From Bilabrum cf. latius (taxonomy: Eukaryota): DNA of 64,000 nt. The stretch covers positions 620,001 through 684,000 of the forward strand of contig OZ237754.1 in the NCBI GenBank assembly GCA_965178125.1, read 5' to 3'. Below, in pieces: positions 50,373 through 62,643 of the stretch (its first letter is position 1; each line of letters begins with the position of its first letter). A program made the position numbers and the translations under genes. The notes beneath the pieces are model-generated. The model made no database searches. It worked only from the letters and a program-made list of their open reading frames with translations, and was not told the DNA's origin.

Positions 50373-53300
50373 ATGAACCAAGGTGGTCCCCATAGGTTCA
50401 TTGTGCGGGCCTTGGTCCTGGCAGGCTGCGTTGCATGCTGCGTTGAATGTGAGTTATTTATCATGCATTTTTTATGATTACTTTCAATTGCCCAAAAGAT
50501 CGCATGGAAGACCTACCACTCGCATTGATGACCAAACACTATCTCGCAGCACGACGTAGTTCAAGCTCCAATTTCGACGCCAGCCTATCTCCAGGAGATT
50601 TTTCCAGCTCGAAAACAGCAAGAAAGAATAGGAACAACAGTGGTTCACTCAATGGACTATTGCAGCGAGCTGCAGATCCAGCAGCAAGAGATGCAGTTGA
50701 GCAGCCGGCCGCGGGGGACGAGGATCCCAGCATTGTTGTGGTTCCAGTGGTTCTAGATAAACCAAAACCATCACCCGAGCCACTCATGACGGCACAAACT
50801 CATGCTGCTGTGAAAGCAGCCAGACTTGCCATCGATGCAGCCGAGACGGCGCAGCGCGTGGCCCGCCTTGCCATCGGGGAGGCCAACAGGGCCTACGCCA
50901 TCGACCAGCAATCCAAGGAGGACCAGAAAGCAGTGAATGGCGCCGTAGAGAAAGCCGAACAGTCCCGCGACGTCGCCATGGACGGCGTCGACTCGTCAGT
51001 AGTCCGCCTCAAGCGTGTAGAGGAGGAGGCAGCAGCGGCCCGCGCCCACGCGAGGGAGGCGCAGGAGGGACGCAGGGTGGCAGAACGCGCCTTTCAGCAG
51101 GAGAAAGACAGGGCTGCAGACACCGAGGCAGCAGCCCGAGAGGCCCGGTTCTACTTTGAGGAGGCCATGCAGCAGGCAGCCACCGCCGAATCCAGGGTGC
51201 ACTCCCTCGAAGTGGTTGCAACCAAGACCAGAGAGGCAGAGATGGAGGCGCAGGAGTTCGCCAGGCACGCTGGCCAAGACGCCGAGGGCGCCACCCGAGC
51301 CCGCCTGGATGCACAGGGGGAGGACGAGCGAGCGCAGGAGGCCAGCGACAGCGCCGAGCTGAGCGCCACCAGGGCCAGCGCGGAAGGCGCGCAGCTAGCC
51401 ACGGAGGAGATGCAAGACTCTGCAGCGAGTTCCAAGCGCGCGCACAAGTGGGCCGTAGAGGCCGGGGCGTCGTCCAAGCGCACTGCAGAGCTGGCCACCG
51501 AAGGCGGGCAGAGCGTCAAGATCGCGCAGGAGCACACACTCGTCACATAGACGTACGCGGACGAGACGGGCACAACTCAGCTGTCTGTCACCCAGCACGA
51601 GTCGATGGCCATCGCTGCCCGCGAGGAGGCGGGCGAGCACGCGGCCCGCTCCGAGACCGCCTCTGCTGTCTCCCAGGCGCACGAGGAGGCCGCCCAGGAG
51701 ACGAGGGACTCGGCTGTGGCTCTGTCGGAGCAGGCGGATGCTGACGCTGACTCCACCGAGCTGCGGCGGGAGCAGGCAAGGCACGACGCCATCGGGGCGG
51801 AGGGCCACAGCGCCAGCGCCAGCGAGTCTGCCACGAGCGCCCAGGAAGACGAGAGCGAAGCCACGTCCGCGGCCGAGACGGCGAGCAAGCACAAGGTGGG
51901 CGCTGGGGAGGAGAGCGAGTCCGCGGCGGAGGCACACCGCACTGCAGCGCAGCACGCGCAAGACGCGCAAGACGTCCTCCCAGACCTTGCAGCCACGGCA
52001 TCCTCGGCCAGCTCGGCCTCATCGAGCGCTGAGTCGGCGAAGAAGGAGGCAATCAGGCACGCAGGGGAGGCGCAATCGGCCCGCAAGGCATCCCATTCTG
52101 ACAAGGTAGCAACAGAGGCAGCAGAGCAAGAAGGAAAGAAGCACGCGGACACCGCCCGGCGGCATGCCCTGGCCTCCAACCACCATAGGGAGAAGGCTGA
52201 GATCGCTCACGGCCGCACGGTTGAGGTGCTGGATGCTGCGCTGGGCAATGCCAAGGACGCGGGCGATGGCATGGAGACCAGGGCGGAGGAGGCGCGGGCC
52301 AAGGCGAGGAGCAGCGAGGCCACGGCCAAGGAACACGCGCGAGAGGCAGGGTCTCTTGCGGACGAAGCCGCCGAGTCTGCCAAGAAAGCAGCCAGTGCCG
52401 CAGAGGAGGCAAAGCGGAACGCGCTCGCCACTGACAAGGGTGAAGACAAGGCAAAGACCGCTGCAGCTGCCGTTGGAGAACATAGGGGCAAGGCAGATAG
52501 CGGTCGTGAGGCCACGGAGAAAGCCCATGATGCGGCTCAGGTGGACAAGCAGGCCGCCGAGAAGAGCAAGGCAGCCGCGGAGGGACACCGGGATGCCAGC
52601 GCGGCATCGGCCGAGGCAGGGGCCACCAGCGCCCAGGCAGCCAAGGTGCAGTCCGCTGCAGCGTCCACGCATGCGGACGCGGCTGACGCGCAGGTCAAGC
52701 CCGTGCTCAGCAAGTCGGCCTCCACCACCACCGCCAGCACGCAGGCAGAGGAGCAGCACAGCTAGGCCAAGGCAGTTCGGGATCAGATCCAGACGCGGCT
52801 AGACGCGGCTCAGGCAGGTGCACAGAAGGCACTGGAGGCGGCCGAGACGCTGACCGAGTCAGTCAAGACAACCACCACTGCTGTCTAGCAATCGCAAGCT
52901 GCGGCAGACGCAGCAGCAGCAGCCGCCAAGAAGTCTGGATCCGGTGCCGAGGGGGCAAGGCTGAACGCAGTCCATGCGGCAGACGTGGCCAAGAAGACGG
53001 AGCCAGTCGCACAGGCCGCCGAGACGTCCAAGGCCCAGGCTGCCTCGCATGCTGGCAAGGCCAAGACCGCGCACAACCAGGCCAAGGCGATCGCCGATGA
53101 TGCCACCAAGACCCAGGCGGCCATCGGGGAAGTGGCCAAACAGGCCGAAGGCGCCAGGAACAGCGCCAAGGGGCACGCGGACGCGGCCCAGGCAGCCCGC
53201 ACCGAGGCCTAGAAGCGGCAGAATCAGGCGCAAAAGGACAAGTACAAGACCTGCAACATCCAGGTGGGCTTCGACCCGGGGCCGGGCAGGGACGTGAGGC

Positions 53301-53869
53301 GCGTGTTTACTCGGAATCCGTAGGCGTGCTGCATCGCGTGCCAGTATGAGAAGAGGTGCAAGTCGTTCGTGTGGATTCACAACCACCACTGCTGGCTGAA
53401 GTGGACAACGGACTCTAGGCACAGGAGGTGGCATGGCGCCCATGCCACGTGGATCTACGGCGGGTACAAGGTGTACAGCCCATCTCTGCTGCTGCAGTCC
53501 GAGGCGGGGGCTGGCGTGGAGTTGTCTGAGTCGGAGGGTGTGCGTGAGATGGCCGGGGGTGAGGGTGAGGCAGAGGGAGAGGGGGAGCTGTCGGACGAGG
53601 AGCTGATGGCGCTGGTGGACAAGAGGATGAAGGAGATGGAGGAGGAAGGCGTGGACATGGACGGGACGGAGTCCAGCGGGAAGGAAGGCAAGGCCGCAGG
53701 GGCTGCCGCCGTGTCGTTGCGCGGGAGTGGGGAGAAGCTCAGGCACCAGGGCCAGCCCATCCCCATGTCTTCGCAGGAGGAGGTGTTCGCCGCCATGGAC
53801 AGGTACGGGGTGAACCACAGCGAGCCTTGGGGGGGAGATGAGGCGTTGTACGAGTAGGATTTGTAGTGA
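50373..53869 (+). CDS. Secreted Ala/Glu-rich coiled-coil protein with C-terminal PAN/Apple-like domain, copy B (inverted paralogue)
   Basis: Signal peptide HRFIVRALVLAGCVACCVE and intron ~50449-50498. TAG at 51548, 52763, 52886, 53210, 53321, 53855 and 53864; TGA at 53867-53869. Long near-identical stretches with the reverse complement of 46565-49700. Confidence 0.8.
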
Positions 53870-54115
53870 ATAACTTCATTCGATTTCTCACGCTGGCGTT
53901 AGTCAATGAGGATTTTCGCTGCCCAACCGGCCGCCGGCGGCCGGTTCTAACCAACCGGCGGTGCAATGCATTCAAATATAATTCCCCCAGCATGTGCTGA
54001 ATGTATGCGGCAGATTGGCAAACGATTTTCACAGCGAAACCTAGTGTGTAGATCACTGACATTGCGCGCGTTCTCACGCACAAGGGCGATTAATTTGAAG
54101 AGAAATTTCAGAAGC

Positions 54116-57100
54116 ATGACTGAATCCCAGCCTCGCGTATATCGCGTTGCAATCACCGGAGGGCCTGCGGGCGGCAAGACCACGTGTTTCAGTGCACTAC
54201 AATCTGCACTGGAGGATGCTGGTGCATCTGTTTTCCGCGTTCCCGAGGGAGCGACGCTGATGCACGAAGGTGGGATGCGATGGGACGGCGTCGACACGTA
54301 GGCTGCGCTTCGAGCCTAGCTAAGCATCACGTCGTCGCAAGCCTCTCTGGAGGAATGCTTTCACCGGCTTGCGAGAGAGCGCGCGCGGATTTCGAACCGA
54401 CCTGCCGTGGTTTTGTCGGATAGAGGCCTGCAGGACGGAAGGGCATACTTGCCCGAAGAGTCTGCTCTAGAACGGCATCGATAGCAGGCCGAGGAGCGAG
54501 GGCAGTCATGGGAAGATGTTATGAATAGCTGGCTCGGTCCTCCCCCGCATGGGCACGGAAGCACGGCGGCATCGATCGCTGAGTCCTCAGCGGGTCTCGG
54601 GCCTGGCTCTCGCTCCATCCCCGCCCGGGGATCTGCCACCAGCCTTGCATCCATCGCCAGCACCACGTCGCTGGCATCCCAAGCTGGAGGAGCCGCATCC
54701 CACAACCCGCTGCAGACGTCTCTGTGGAATGCGATCCTAGAGAGATGCGCCGGGGCCGCCATCGACCGCGCGGCCATCAGCGCTCCCTCCGGGGTGACGA
54801 GTGCTGAGGATCCGGACGCCCCATCGGCCGGCCACGCCCAGGCCCAGCCCGCCTCTCTGCTGAGCGAGCGAGAGGTCAGGGATGCTCGGTACGACTGCGT
54901 GGTTCACCTGGTCACGGCTGCGGACGGCGCTGCGGAGTTTTACTCCACTGCCAACAACGCGGCAAGGCACGAGGACGCAGACGAGGCGCGCGCGGTGGAC
55001 CTGCGGATCAGGCAGGTGTGGCTCGGGTCACCCAACTTCGTGGTGGTGCACAACCCAAGGGGGAGCAGCAGGCAGCGCAGTGCGATGCAGGCCGGGGACC
55101 TCACGGCCGACCCTGGCGACCAGCCGGGCGGGGAACTGTCCGAGCAGATGCAGCAGACCGGCGCGCAGCAATTCCAGACGAAGCTGCGACGGGCAGTGGC
55201 CGCCGTCTGCCGTGCCTGCAACGTGGCCAGAGAGGAAGGGGGCTCGAAGCGGTTCTGGCTCAGCGGGGTCACGATGGGTAGGGCCTGGCAGCAGGCGCTC
55301 GCCGCACCCAAACCGGAAGAGGGTGCCGCAGCTGGTTCCGCAGACGCCCTGGAACGGCTTTGTTCCTCCCTTGGCTGCTCCACGGTACGTGCGTTCGTCA
55401 TTGTGCACACGTACGTGGAGGCACAGGACACAATCGAGGCAGCCAGCGGGGCGGAGGCGGGTATGGTGGGTGCTGCTGCCACGCTGGACAGGCGGCTCGA
55501 GGAACAGGCGGCGAGGGCGGGGCTTGGTGAACAAGGGGTCGATGTCGCAACGGGGGGTAGCACTAGGCCCACCCCCCTCAGGACAACTGTTCCTCTGGGG
55601 ACTGGGTGGTCCCTGGACGGCCTGGAGGGGAGGCCCTCTGCCGCTGCTGTGGATGCGACTGTGGGGGTCGCAGTGGAGGCAGGGGCCGGAGCAGTGCCAG
55701 CTGCAGGGGGGCAGGCCGGGTCACGAGGTGCTGGCTAGAGCTCTACTGCGGATGGCAGCGCGGGAGTGTCATTGTCAGTCGATGACGAAGGCATGGGCGG
55801 TCCTTTCGAGTACGAGTACAGGTGGGTGGTCGCTCGGCGGGTGCGGGTGTCTGCCAGGACAGAGGTGCCTCCCGCCGTGCTACTGGGTCTGGCCGCCAGG
55901 GATGAAGAAAGGAGGTCGCGGAGAACTAGCAGCAAGGCTGCTACGGCCGAGGAACAGGGCGGGGGTGTTGACACGGATATCGGTGCGGGTGCGGGTGCGG
56001 GTGTTTAGGAGCCGCGCCGGGGAACAAAGGTGTCCTCGGCGCACCAGGCCGCCGATAGGGTCCTCCGGAGCGCGCACGCCATGTCCATGGGTGCAGGCGC
56101 GAGCGACTGGTGGGTGGAGGAACACGAGGACGAGGAGGCGGAAGGAGGCAGCGGGGAGCGGGACGCTGAGAGCGAGTTCGGGCCGGGGGCGGGTTGGGGC
56201 GGGGCCAAGCCCTGGGGACCCTCCCGGGGGCACCTGTACGTCTGGAGGGAACACGCGTACAGGCAGTTGCAGGGACGCAGGAGGAGGAGGGGGGCTGCTG
56301 GCGGGGAGGGCGCTGCCGCTCCGGGCACGAGCGGCCCCCCCCCCGGTGCTTGGAGCGAGTGGCACCCGGCCTGGCTGGACCCAGCGTCTGAGAGGGAGCA
56401 GCAGCGGATCACGTCGCAGCGAGAGTACTTTCAGCTCGTGCGGATGGCAGACCGCAGGGAACAAATGCAGGTGCAGCTGGCACAGGCTGCAGCGGCGGGG
56501 CATGGGCATGGGCAGGGTGCCGCTGCAGCAGAGGGTTAGGCCGGCGGCGGCGGCGCCCCGTCGAGTGCAATCCCCAGCCCGGTAGGCGCAGTGGTGAAAG
56601 CTCGGCTGCTGTTCGAGACCGGCGCAGGCAGTGGAGACGCTGCTGCTGGGGGCTCCGGGGAGGACGACAAGAAGGCAGGCGCTGCAGGTGCCTCGGTGGG
56701 AACGAGGCGTGTGCTGGAATGGGACGAGGTGTTCTGGGGGAGGAGGGAGGTGGCGCTGGAGGCGGGGGAGAGGGGGCCCTTGGCCGCTGCTGCGAGGGCC
56801 TCTGTGCTGGCGGTGAGGTCGGGCACGAGGGAGGAGGAGAAGGAAGCGGAGTTTCCGGACAGCGGCGAGGATCCCGCGGGCGGGGATGGTGTCGGCCACC
56901 TGGGCCTGGGCCTGGGGCTTCCTCTGGGTCGGTTCGCCTCTGTGGAGTCGGAGCGAAGCACCGGTGCTGCGGACGAGAGCGCCATAGCGGCGGGTCTCGG
57001 ACTCGACATCGAAAGGGCGGGCCCGTCCCCCACGGAGGGGGACAAGACCCCCCCTCGCACAGGGGTCGGGGTTGCCCCCAGTGCGGGTATACCCAGGGAC

Positions 57101-57445
57101 CTGAGCGGGATCCCCATGTCTCCTGCGGTGCGATCCACGTCTATCCCCGCTCCCGGAAGCCCCCCTTTGCCGTCCTCTGGGGACCCCGGGGCGGTGGAGA
57201 GCGCCGGCCAGTGGACGCAGGCGCACGACGGCAGAGGCGAGGCGGGGTCGGGTCGTTCCTCCCCCGTCCCCATGTCGGGGTCAGCGGGGCGGGTTCCTTC
57301 CTGGCTGCCTGCCGTGCTGCAGCCGCAGAGCGAGGTAACCGGGGATCCTCGTTGGCTCAGCGAGGCGCTCGCAGGCGTGGATGTGGCCTCGATCGAGCCG
57401 CGCGGGGCCATCACTGTGGTGGCAGGCAGCGGAGCTGTGAAGTGA
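54116..57445 (+). CDS. TTD14/NadR-type P-loop (AAA_28) protein with a CYTH-like C-terminal part and large insertions
   Basis: Motifs VYRVAITGGPAGGKTT, VFRVPEGAT, VVLSDRGLQDGRAY, RYDCVVHLVTAADGAAEFYSTANNAARHE, EVTGDP. TAG at 54299, 54317, 54482, 55736, 56006 and 56537; TGA at 57443. Confidence 0.85.
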
Positions 57446-57886
57446 AAAAGCGGCCCGGTCGGTAGCCTCGCGAGAGGCATCCATGATTAGGTGAATTGCA
57501 AACGATCGTTCATGGTAGAGTCTGCTTCGTTAGGCTATCTTAGTTGGAGCGAGCGTACTGGGTGCGCCTCTGCTGCCACGCGCCGTCCCCGGCGGAAGTT
57601 GGTCGCAACAAATCTATTTCAACGCGAAATGGGGGCGACTTCCGTCACTGTAGGGATAAGACGGGCCCTTAAATCGCAATACCTTGTGCAAGTGCCTTAA
57701 TCCATTTGATAACACTTGTCCTGGCGGCAGCTTGTTATCAGTTCCTCGCTGCCTTGCTACCGGGCGGTGCTGTCAAGGCGATTCGTCCGGCACCGGCAAG
57801 TGCTGACCAGGAAGTCTTCGATTAGGTTCAAAGCCGGCTCAGGCCATATATTCCAAATTTACGATTTGTTGTCACATTTTTGGCAT

Positions 57887-59253
57887 ATGGGGATATGCGG
57901 AAGCGTGCCAGAGGCACGAGACACGCTTGCAGCTGCGTCGCTCAGTCGCACGCAGTCAGTCATGGATGCTGCTTACGAAAAGAGCACAATTCAAGTGAGG
58001 CCGTGATCAGTGTAATATGATTATCACTAAATTCCTGTAATTGCCTCTGGATGCCTGCGAGGATTTGTGCTTGATCTCTTTTGCATGAGTTGATAGGTAG
58101 CGTTGTTGCACCCATGTGCCGATTCAGCAGTCGCGACATGCATGGAATTTCTAGATGGAAATGTTTTGCAGCACTATTCGTTTTGAATTGTATGCTTGTA
58201 CCGCATCAGTGGAAGGGCTTCCATGGTCTATGCGCAGTCGGCGACTAGTAGTTGCTGTTTCCGTTTTTTCTACTTGCCTCCACAACAGACGGGATTCACT
58301 GATGGTCATCACTGTGTCGCAACGCATGACCATAGAATTGCCAGCGAACGCGGGGCCTCGCTCCTCTACGGCGAGATTTTACCTCAAGGTGAGAGCTATC
58401 GCTCTGCGGAGACACCTTGCAGTGGTGCCACGCCCTGACAGCCGGGCACGCTTGCATGTCTCGCAAGGCATCACTATTTGTATTGTCCTACCGAATTATC
58501 GCAGGCGTGATGAAATTGCTTGATGACGACCACATGCGTGCTGGCCGCGCTGATGTGATGCTCGATCTGGGTTCTGGCACTGGCAAGGTCTGCATGCAAG
58601 CCTTTCTTACATACACGAACCTGACTCGAGTGGTTGGAATCGAATTATCCGCATCTAGATTTCAGTTGGGAGAATCCGCCTGCGTGAGGCTGGCATCCCA
58701 ATCGATGGGATACACGGTCGCCAAGCGAGTGCCGGGCGAGCTCATTGTGCTGGAGGCACCTGGGGTGACGGCGCGTAGATAGCTCGAGCTCAGGAAAGGG
58801 GACATGTGGTCCATGAGAGCAGCGGACATCGAAAAGGCGGACATACTGATCATGCATACCGACTTCACCCAGGCGAGCATCCCTCACTTCAAGAGGGTGC
58901 TAGGCGACATGCGGCGGGGCGCGCGCTTCGTGACATACCAGGATTTGCGGTCCTGCTGGCGGCGATCTGAACCGCCGTTCCAGCAGCTAGACAAGAACTT
59001 GGACGAGACAGATACGTTCCTGACGAGCTGGTCAGCCTCGAGGGGCCACCACTTGTACTGCTACGAGAAACACGTCGCGACTAGGAAGGGATACAGGCTT
59101 CACCCAGACGACGTGGAGGAAACCAAGGAGAACATGGGTAGGAAGAAGAGAGCGGATTCCTCCGAAGAGGAGGAGGGGCGGCCCTAGGGGGATGACTTGG
59201 AGGAGGGCGACCTCACGGATGACAGCGGCAGCGAGGAGGAGGGCGAGACATGA
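57887..59253 (+). CDS. DOT1-like class I SAM-dependent methyltransferase with N-terminal MGICGS acylation motif
   Basis: Motifs LLYGEILPQG, MLDLGSGTGKVCMQAF, VVGIELSASR, TSWS. Several 5' introns (e.g. ~58390-58505). TAG at 58780 and 59185; TGA at 59251-59253. 5' exon structure approximate. Confidence 0.7.
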
Positions 59254-59447
59254 CCGACGGGACTGGGCAGGGTGTATCCTTAGATGATGCTGGCCGTGGC
59301 ATGGATAATCCTGCTCTTCATGACTGAGAGGCAGGGTGCGTGCGAGAACATAGGAGTGTAAACGCACGAATTGGACCTCGTTGCACACGATTCTGCAGCC
59401 GCTCCACCTGAGCACACACGGCGCCTGTGCCCCCACGCCCCAGCCTC

Positions 59448-61237
59448 TCACCTTCCTCCCCCAAGGCTGGGGTAGGCCCCATACGTGCCAGCCCCGCTAG
59501 CAGTCGGTGCACCATACGGTGGTGCGCCACCAGCCCCCCCTCCGTACACGCTCGAGCCGTACCCAGGAGGACCTGTGCCTGTTTGGCCACCCGAGGAGTA
59601 CCCAGGAGGACCCCCCGCCCTGCCACCTCCGCCATAGACAGGTGGCCCCTGACCCGCCGATGGCTGGCCCCTCCAGGCCCCCGGTGAGCCCCACTGGCCC
59701 GGCCCGGCCGAGGCACCGACCACTCCCGCGCCGCCTGTGCCGAACCCATGGGTGGCACCTGAGTTGTATCCAGGAGGACCCCCGCCGCTTTGTCCACCTG
59801 ACGAGTATCCGGGAGGAGCCCGGCCAGTTTGACCACCTGACGAATAGCCCGGAGGTCCTTGCCTTGTGGCAGGGCCCACCCCCGCCCCCGCCCCCGAGCC
59901 AGTGCCACTCCCGGACCCGCCGCCGGTGCGGCTGCCGCTGCCGGTCGCCGCTGAGGGCCCCGCACCACCCGCCGCTGGCGATGCCCAGCCAGCGCCGCTC
60001 GCCCCCGCGCCCCTGCCACCACCCCTGCCCCTGGCCGCCCCCATGGCCTTGGAAATGCGACCCACGAGCACCTTAGCCTCGAACTGCTTCTTCGCCCGAC
60101 GCCTCGCTTCGAAGGCGTACTCTGGCGCAGATATGCTGCCCTGCTCCAGAGCCTGCCGCAGGGCCTCCAAAACGTCCTCTGTTCCCTCAACGTGGGAGTG
60201 CAGCCGAAGCAGCTATGCTTGCAGGGGGCTCCCAGCCACCAGATCGGCATCCACGTCAAGCTCTTTGGCAGGAAGTGCAGCGGCCCTGGCTGCCTAGGCC
60301 TCCATGGCCGTCTCCAGACGAACTGCGTCCACCTGCATCTGCTAGTTTCTGGATTCTACCGCCCGCATGCGCCCCTCCAACTCCTGCATGTCCCTCACCC
60401 TGCGTTGTTCCCTGGCCTTGAGGTCGTCTTGCACCTTCTGCATGGATGTGATTTCTGCTATGAGACGGCGGGCCACACGGGTGAAGGCGTTCCGCAGCGC
60501 GGTGTTGGCGTTCTGACGGATGGCGGCTACACCAGAGGCGGCGCCGCCTGCAGCTGTACCAGTGCTGTGGCTTGCGACCGTGCTTGGCTGGCTCGGGCCG
60601 CTGCTTCCGTAGCCTGCACCGGAACCAAAGCTGGGCTGTGGCATCGGGGCTGCCCTGGCTTGCACCGGGGATTGCTGGCTGAAGCACGACTGCATGCTCT
60701 TGATACAGTCCTTGAGATTTGATCCTGGCTGCCACGTTTGCAAATACGGGATCTTGATGTTGCAGTCGGTGTCGACGAAGCGATGGCCTGGCGTAACCTG
60801 CATTTTCGTCGTGGGCCGCACATATCCTATCGGAGCCGTGATTGGATATCGTAGGGGCACGTACACTTCAACTGGAATATAATATTTAGAGCCCCTGTGC
60901 TAAATTTCAATGGTTCCGCCTAGTTTCAGCAGCTTCTCTGCACCCCACTGATCCGTCGAGGGGTCCAGCTGGTGGATGAGCTCGTCCGTGCTAGGTGCCA
61001 AGTACGGAGAAGCCTCTAGCGCCAAATCAACGTGCGATCGTGTGGTACCACTGTCCTGCGCAGCCAAATTGAAGTGCGAAGCAAAGTTGAGGGTCACTGC
61101 GAAGACTTGAGTTGGAGCCGCGCTTAAGAACAGCTTCGGCTTGGAGCACACGAGGGTCAGTGGCTCACAGCATACGGCAAACCGGATATAATTCGAACAG
61201 CTTCAGCCTTTCGCTACGGGAGATCTGGACGAGACAT
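59448..61237 (-). CDS. TSG101: ESCRT-I subunit Tsg101/Vps23 (UEV, coiled coil, SB domain) with a Gly/Pro/Tyr-rich C-terminal extension
   Basis: UEV motif LLKLGGTIEI(Q)HRGSKYYIPVEVYVPLRYPITAPIGYVRPT...IPYLQTW. SB box SPLQA(Q)LLRL...EDVLEALRQALEQGSI...RRRAKKQF. Intron 61056-61168; TAGs include 60900, 60342 and 60213; TGA at 59448. Confidence 0.88.
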
Positions 61238-61554
61238 TTTGCGGTGGGTAGCAGTTGCTTTTGACCATTTCCTCGACATCGCGGCACCGCGTGATGCGGG
61301 TATGTGTGACGAGTACATAATCCGGAGCAACAATCAATCAGTCACAAATCCTCTTCACTCGGATTATGGCACAGAGCAGCGACGCTGTCAAGAATCATGC
61401 AGGTCAAACTTATTCTGGTCCAAGAGAGTAGCCGTATGAGGTCCGAAAAGAGCGGTCTTTGAAGATTTATCGACCCTCGCGGCAACTAGGATCATCCCGC
61501 CCGAGTTTTTCTGGCTTCAGCGAGGGTAAAATCTCTAGCGATCATGCGGCTGCA

Positions 61555-62643
61555 ATGTCCATAGAATTCACAAGGAATGGTTACGTCGTTCTGCGAAATT
61601 TTCTTGACCCTGATCGCGCCCGTCTTGCCAAAAGCGAAGTGGATCGAATTGCAGCGACACTTGATCCGACTACCGTGAGCTTCGAGCCCGGGTTTACTCC
61701 GAACGACAGCGTGCCGGTCACAGAGAAATTAAAGCACATCCGAAAGCTTAGGCGGTTTGTGATAAATGACTTGTCAAGAGAACTATCGGCTATCGCGAGG
61801 GATGCGCTGTTGCTGCAGGCGGTTTCCGCTTGCCTATCGCACACACAGCCAAAGAAGGCCGAAGAAGCAGGTTCAGGTAGTACGCAGAAAGAACCAGTGC
61901 TATCACAGGATATCGCGCTGATCAAGAAACCCGGCGGTATCGAGAAGCCCCCTCACCAGGACTCGGCGTACTTCCTGCTGCGGCCGGGCATGGTGTGCGG
62001 TGCTTGGATCGCGCTAGAGCCCGCAGACAAGGAGAACGGCTGCATGCACGTCATACCTAGAAGCCACAAGCTAGGCCCGCGCCCGCACTACTGCGACCTG
62101 GACTGCATGCTACATGATGACGAGTGGCTCGCGGCGGCAGCATCCTCATCGGCAGAAGAGTCCAAGGAGAAGGAGGGCAAGGAAGGAGGCGAAGAGGGCA
62201 AGGAAGGACTAGGCAAGGAAGGAGGCGAAGAGGGCAAGGAAGGACTAGGCAAGGAAGGAGGCGAAGAGGGCAAGGAAGGACTAGGCAAGGAAGGAGGCGA
62301 AGCTGCCGATTCTCCGCCACTGGAAGGCATCGTGGAGGTAAAGCTGGACCCGGGGGACGTCCTCTTGTTCTCTGATCTGATCTTCCACGCCACGCCCCCG
62401 AACGATTCGGACCGTGGGCGCACTGCGCTGCAATTCCACTACAGGGCCCCATGGGCGGAGGAGATATCGCTGGAGGAGCACGGGAAGATCTTCCACGACG
62501 AGAGAGGGACGGCCAGCTGCATCACCACGAGGCCAATGAGTGACAGGCCGGCTTTATCCAACGTGGACGGCATCACTGCAAGCGGCGTGGGTGCCGCGGG
62601 CGCTGCTGAGGGGGGATGTGGGTCCGAGAATGCGCCCACTTGA
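61555..62643 (+). CDS. Phytanoyl-CoA dioxygenase (PhyH)-family Fe(II)/2-oxoglutarate dioxygenase
   Basis: Motifs FTRNGYVVLRNFL, KPPHQDSAY, AWIALEPADKENGCMHVIPRSHK, GDVLLFSDLIFHATPPNDSDRGRTAL. Confidence 0.9.
   Translation: MSIEFTRNGYVVLRNFLDPDRARLAKSEVDRIAATLDPTTVSFEPGFTPNDSVPVTEKLKHIRKLRRFVINDLSRELSAIARDALLLQAVSACLSHTQPKKAEEAGSGSTQKEPVLSQDIALIKKPGGIEKPPHQDSAYFLLRPGMVCGAWIALEPADKENGCMHVIPRSHKLGPRPHYCDLDCMLHDDEWLAAAASSSAEESKEKEGKEGGEEGKEGLGKEGGEEGKEGLGKEGGEEGKEGLGKEGGEAADSPPLEGIVEVKLDPGDVLLFSDLIFHATPPNDSDRGRTALQFHYRAPWAEEISLEEHGKIFHDERGTASCITTRPMSDRPALSNVDGITASGVGAAGAAEGGCGSENAPT
62176..62302 (+). repeat. 36-bp in-frame tandem repeat (GKEGGEEGKEGL) x~3.5 inside the PhyH gene
   Basis: ggcaaggaaggaggcgaagagggcaaggaaggacta repeated perfectly. 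Confidence 0.9.

Noticed and set aside
54882-57226. Long alternative-frame ORFs (54882..56585 +, 55880..57226 -)
   Set aside because: Arg/Gly/Pro-rich off-frame or antisense products of the GC-rich TTD14-like gene.
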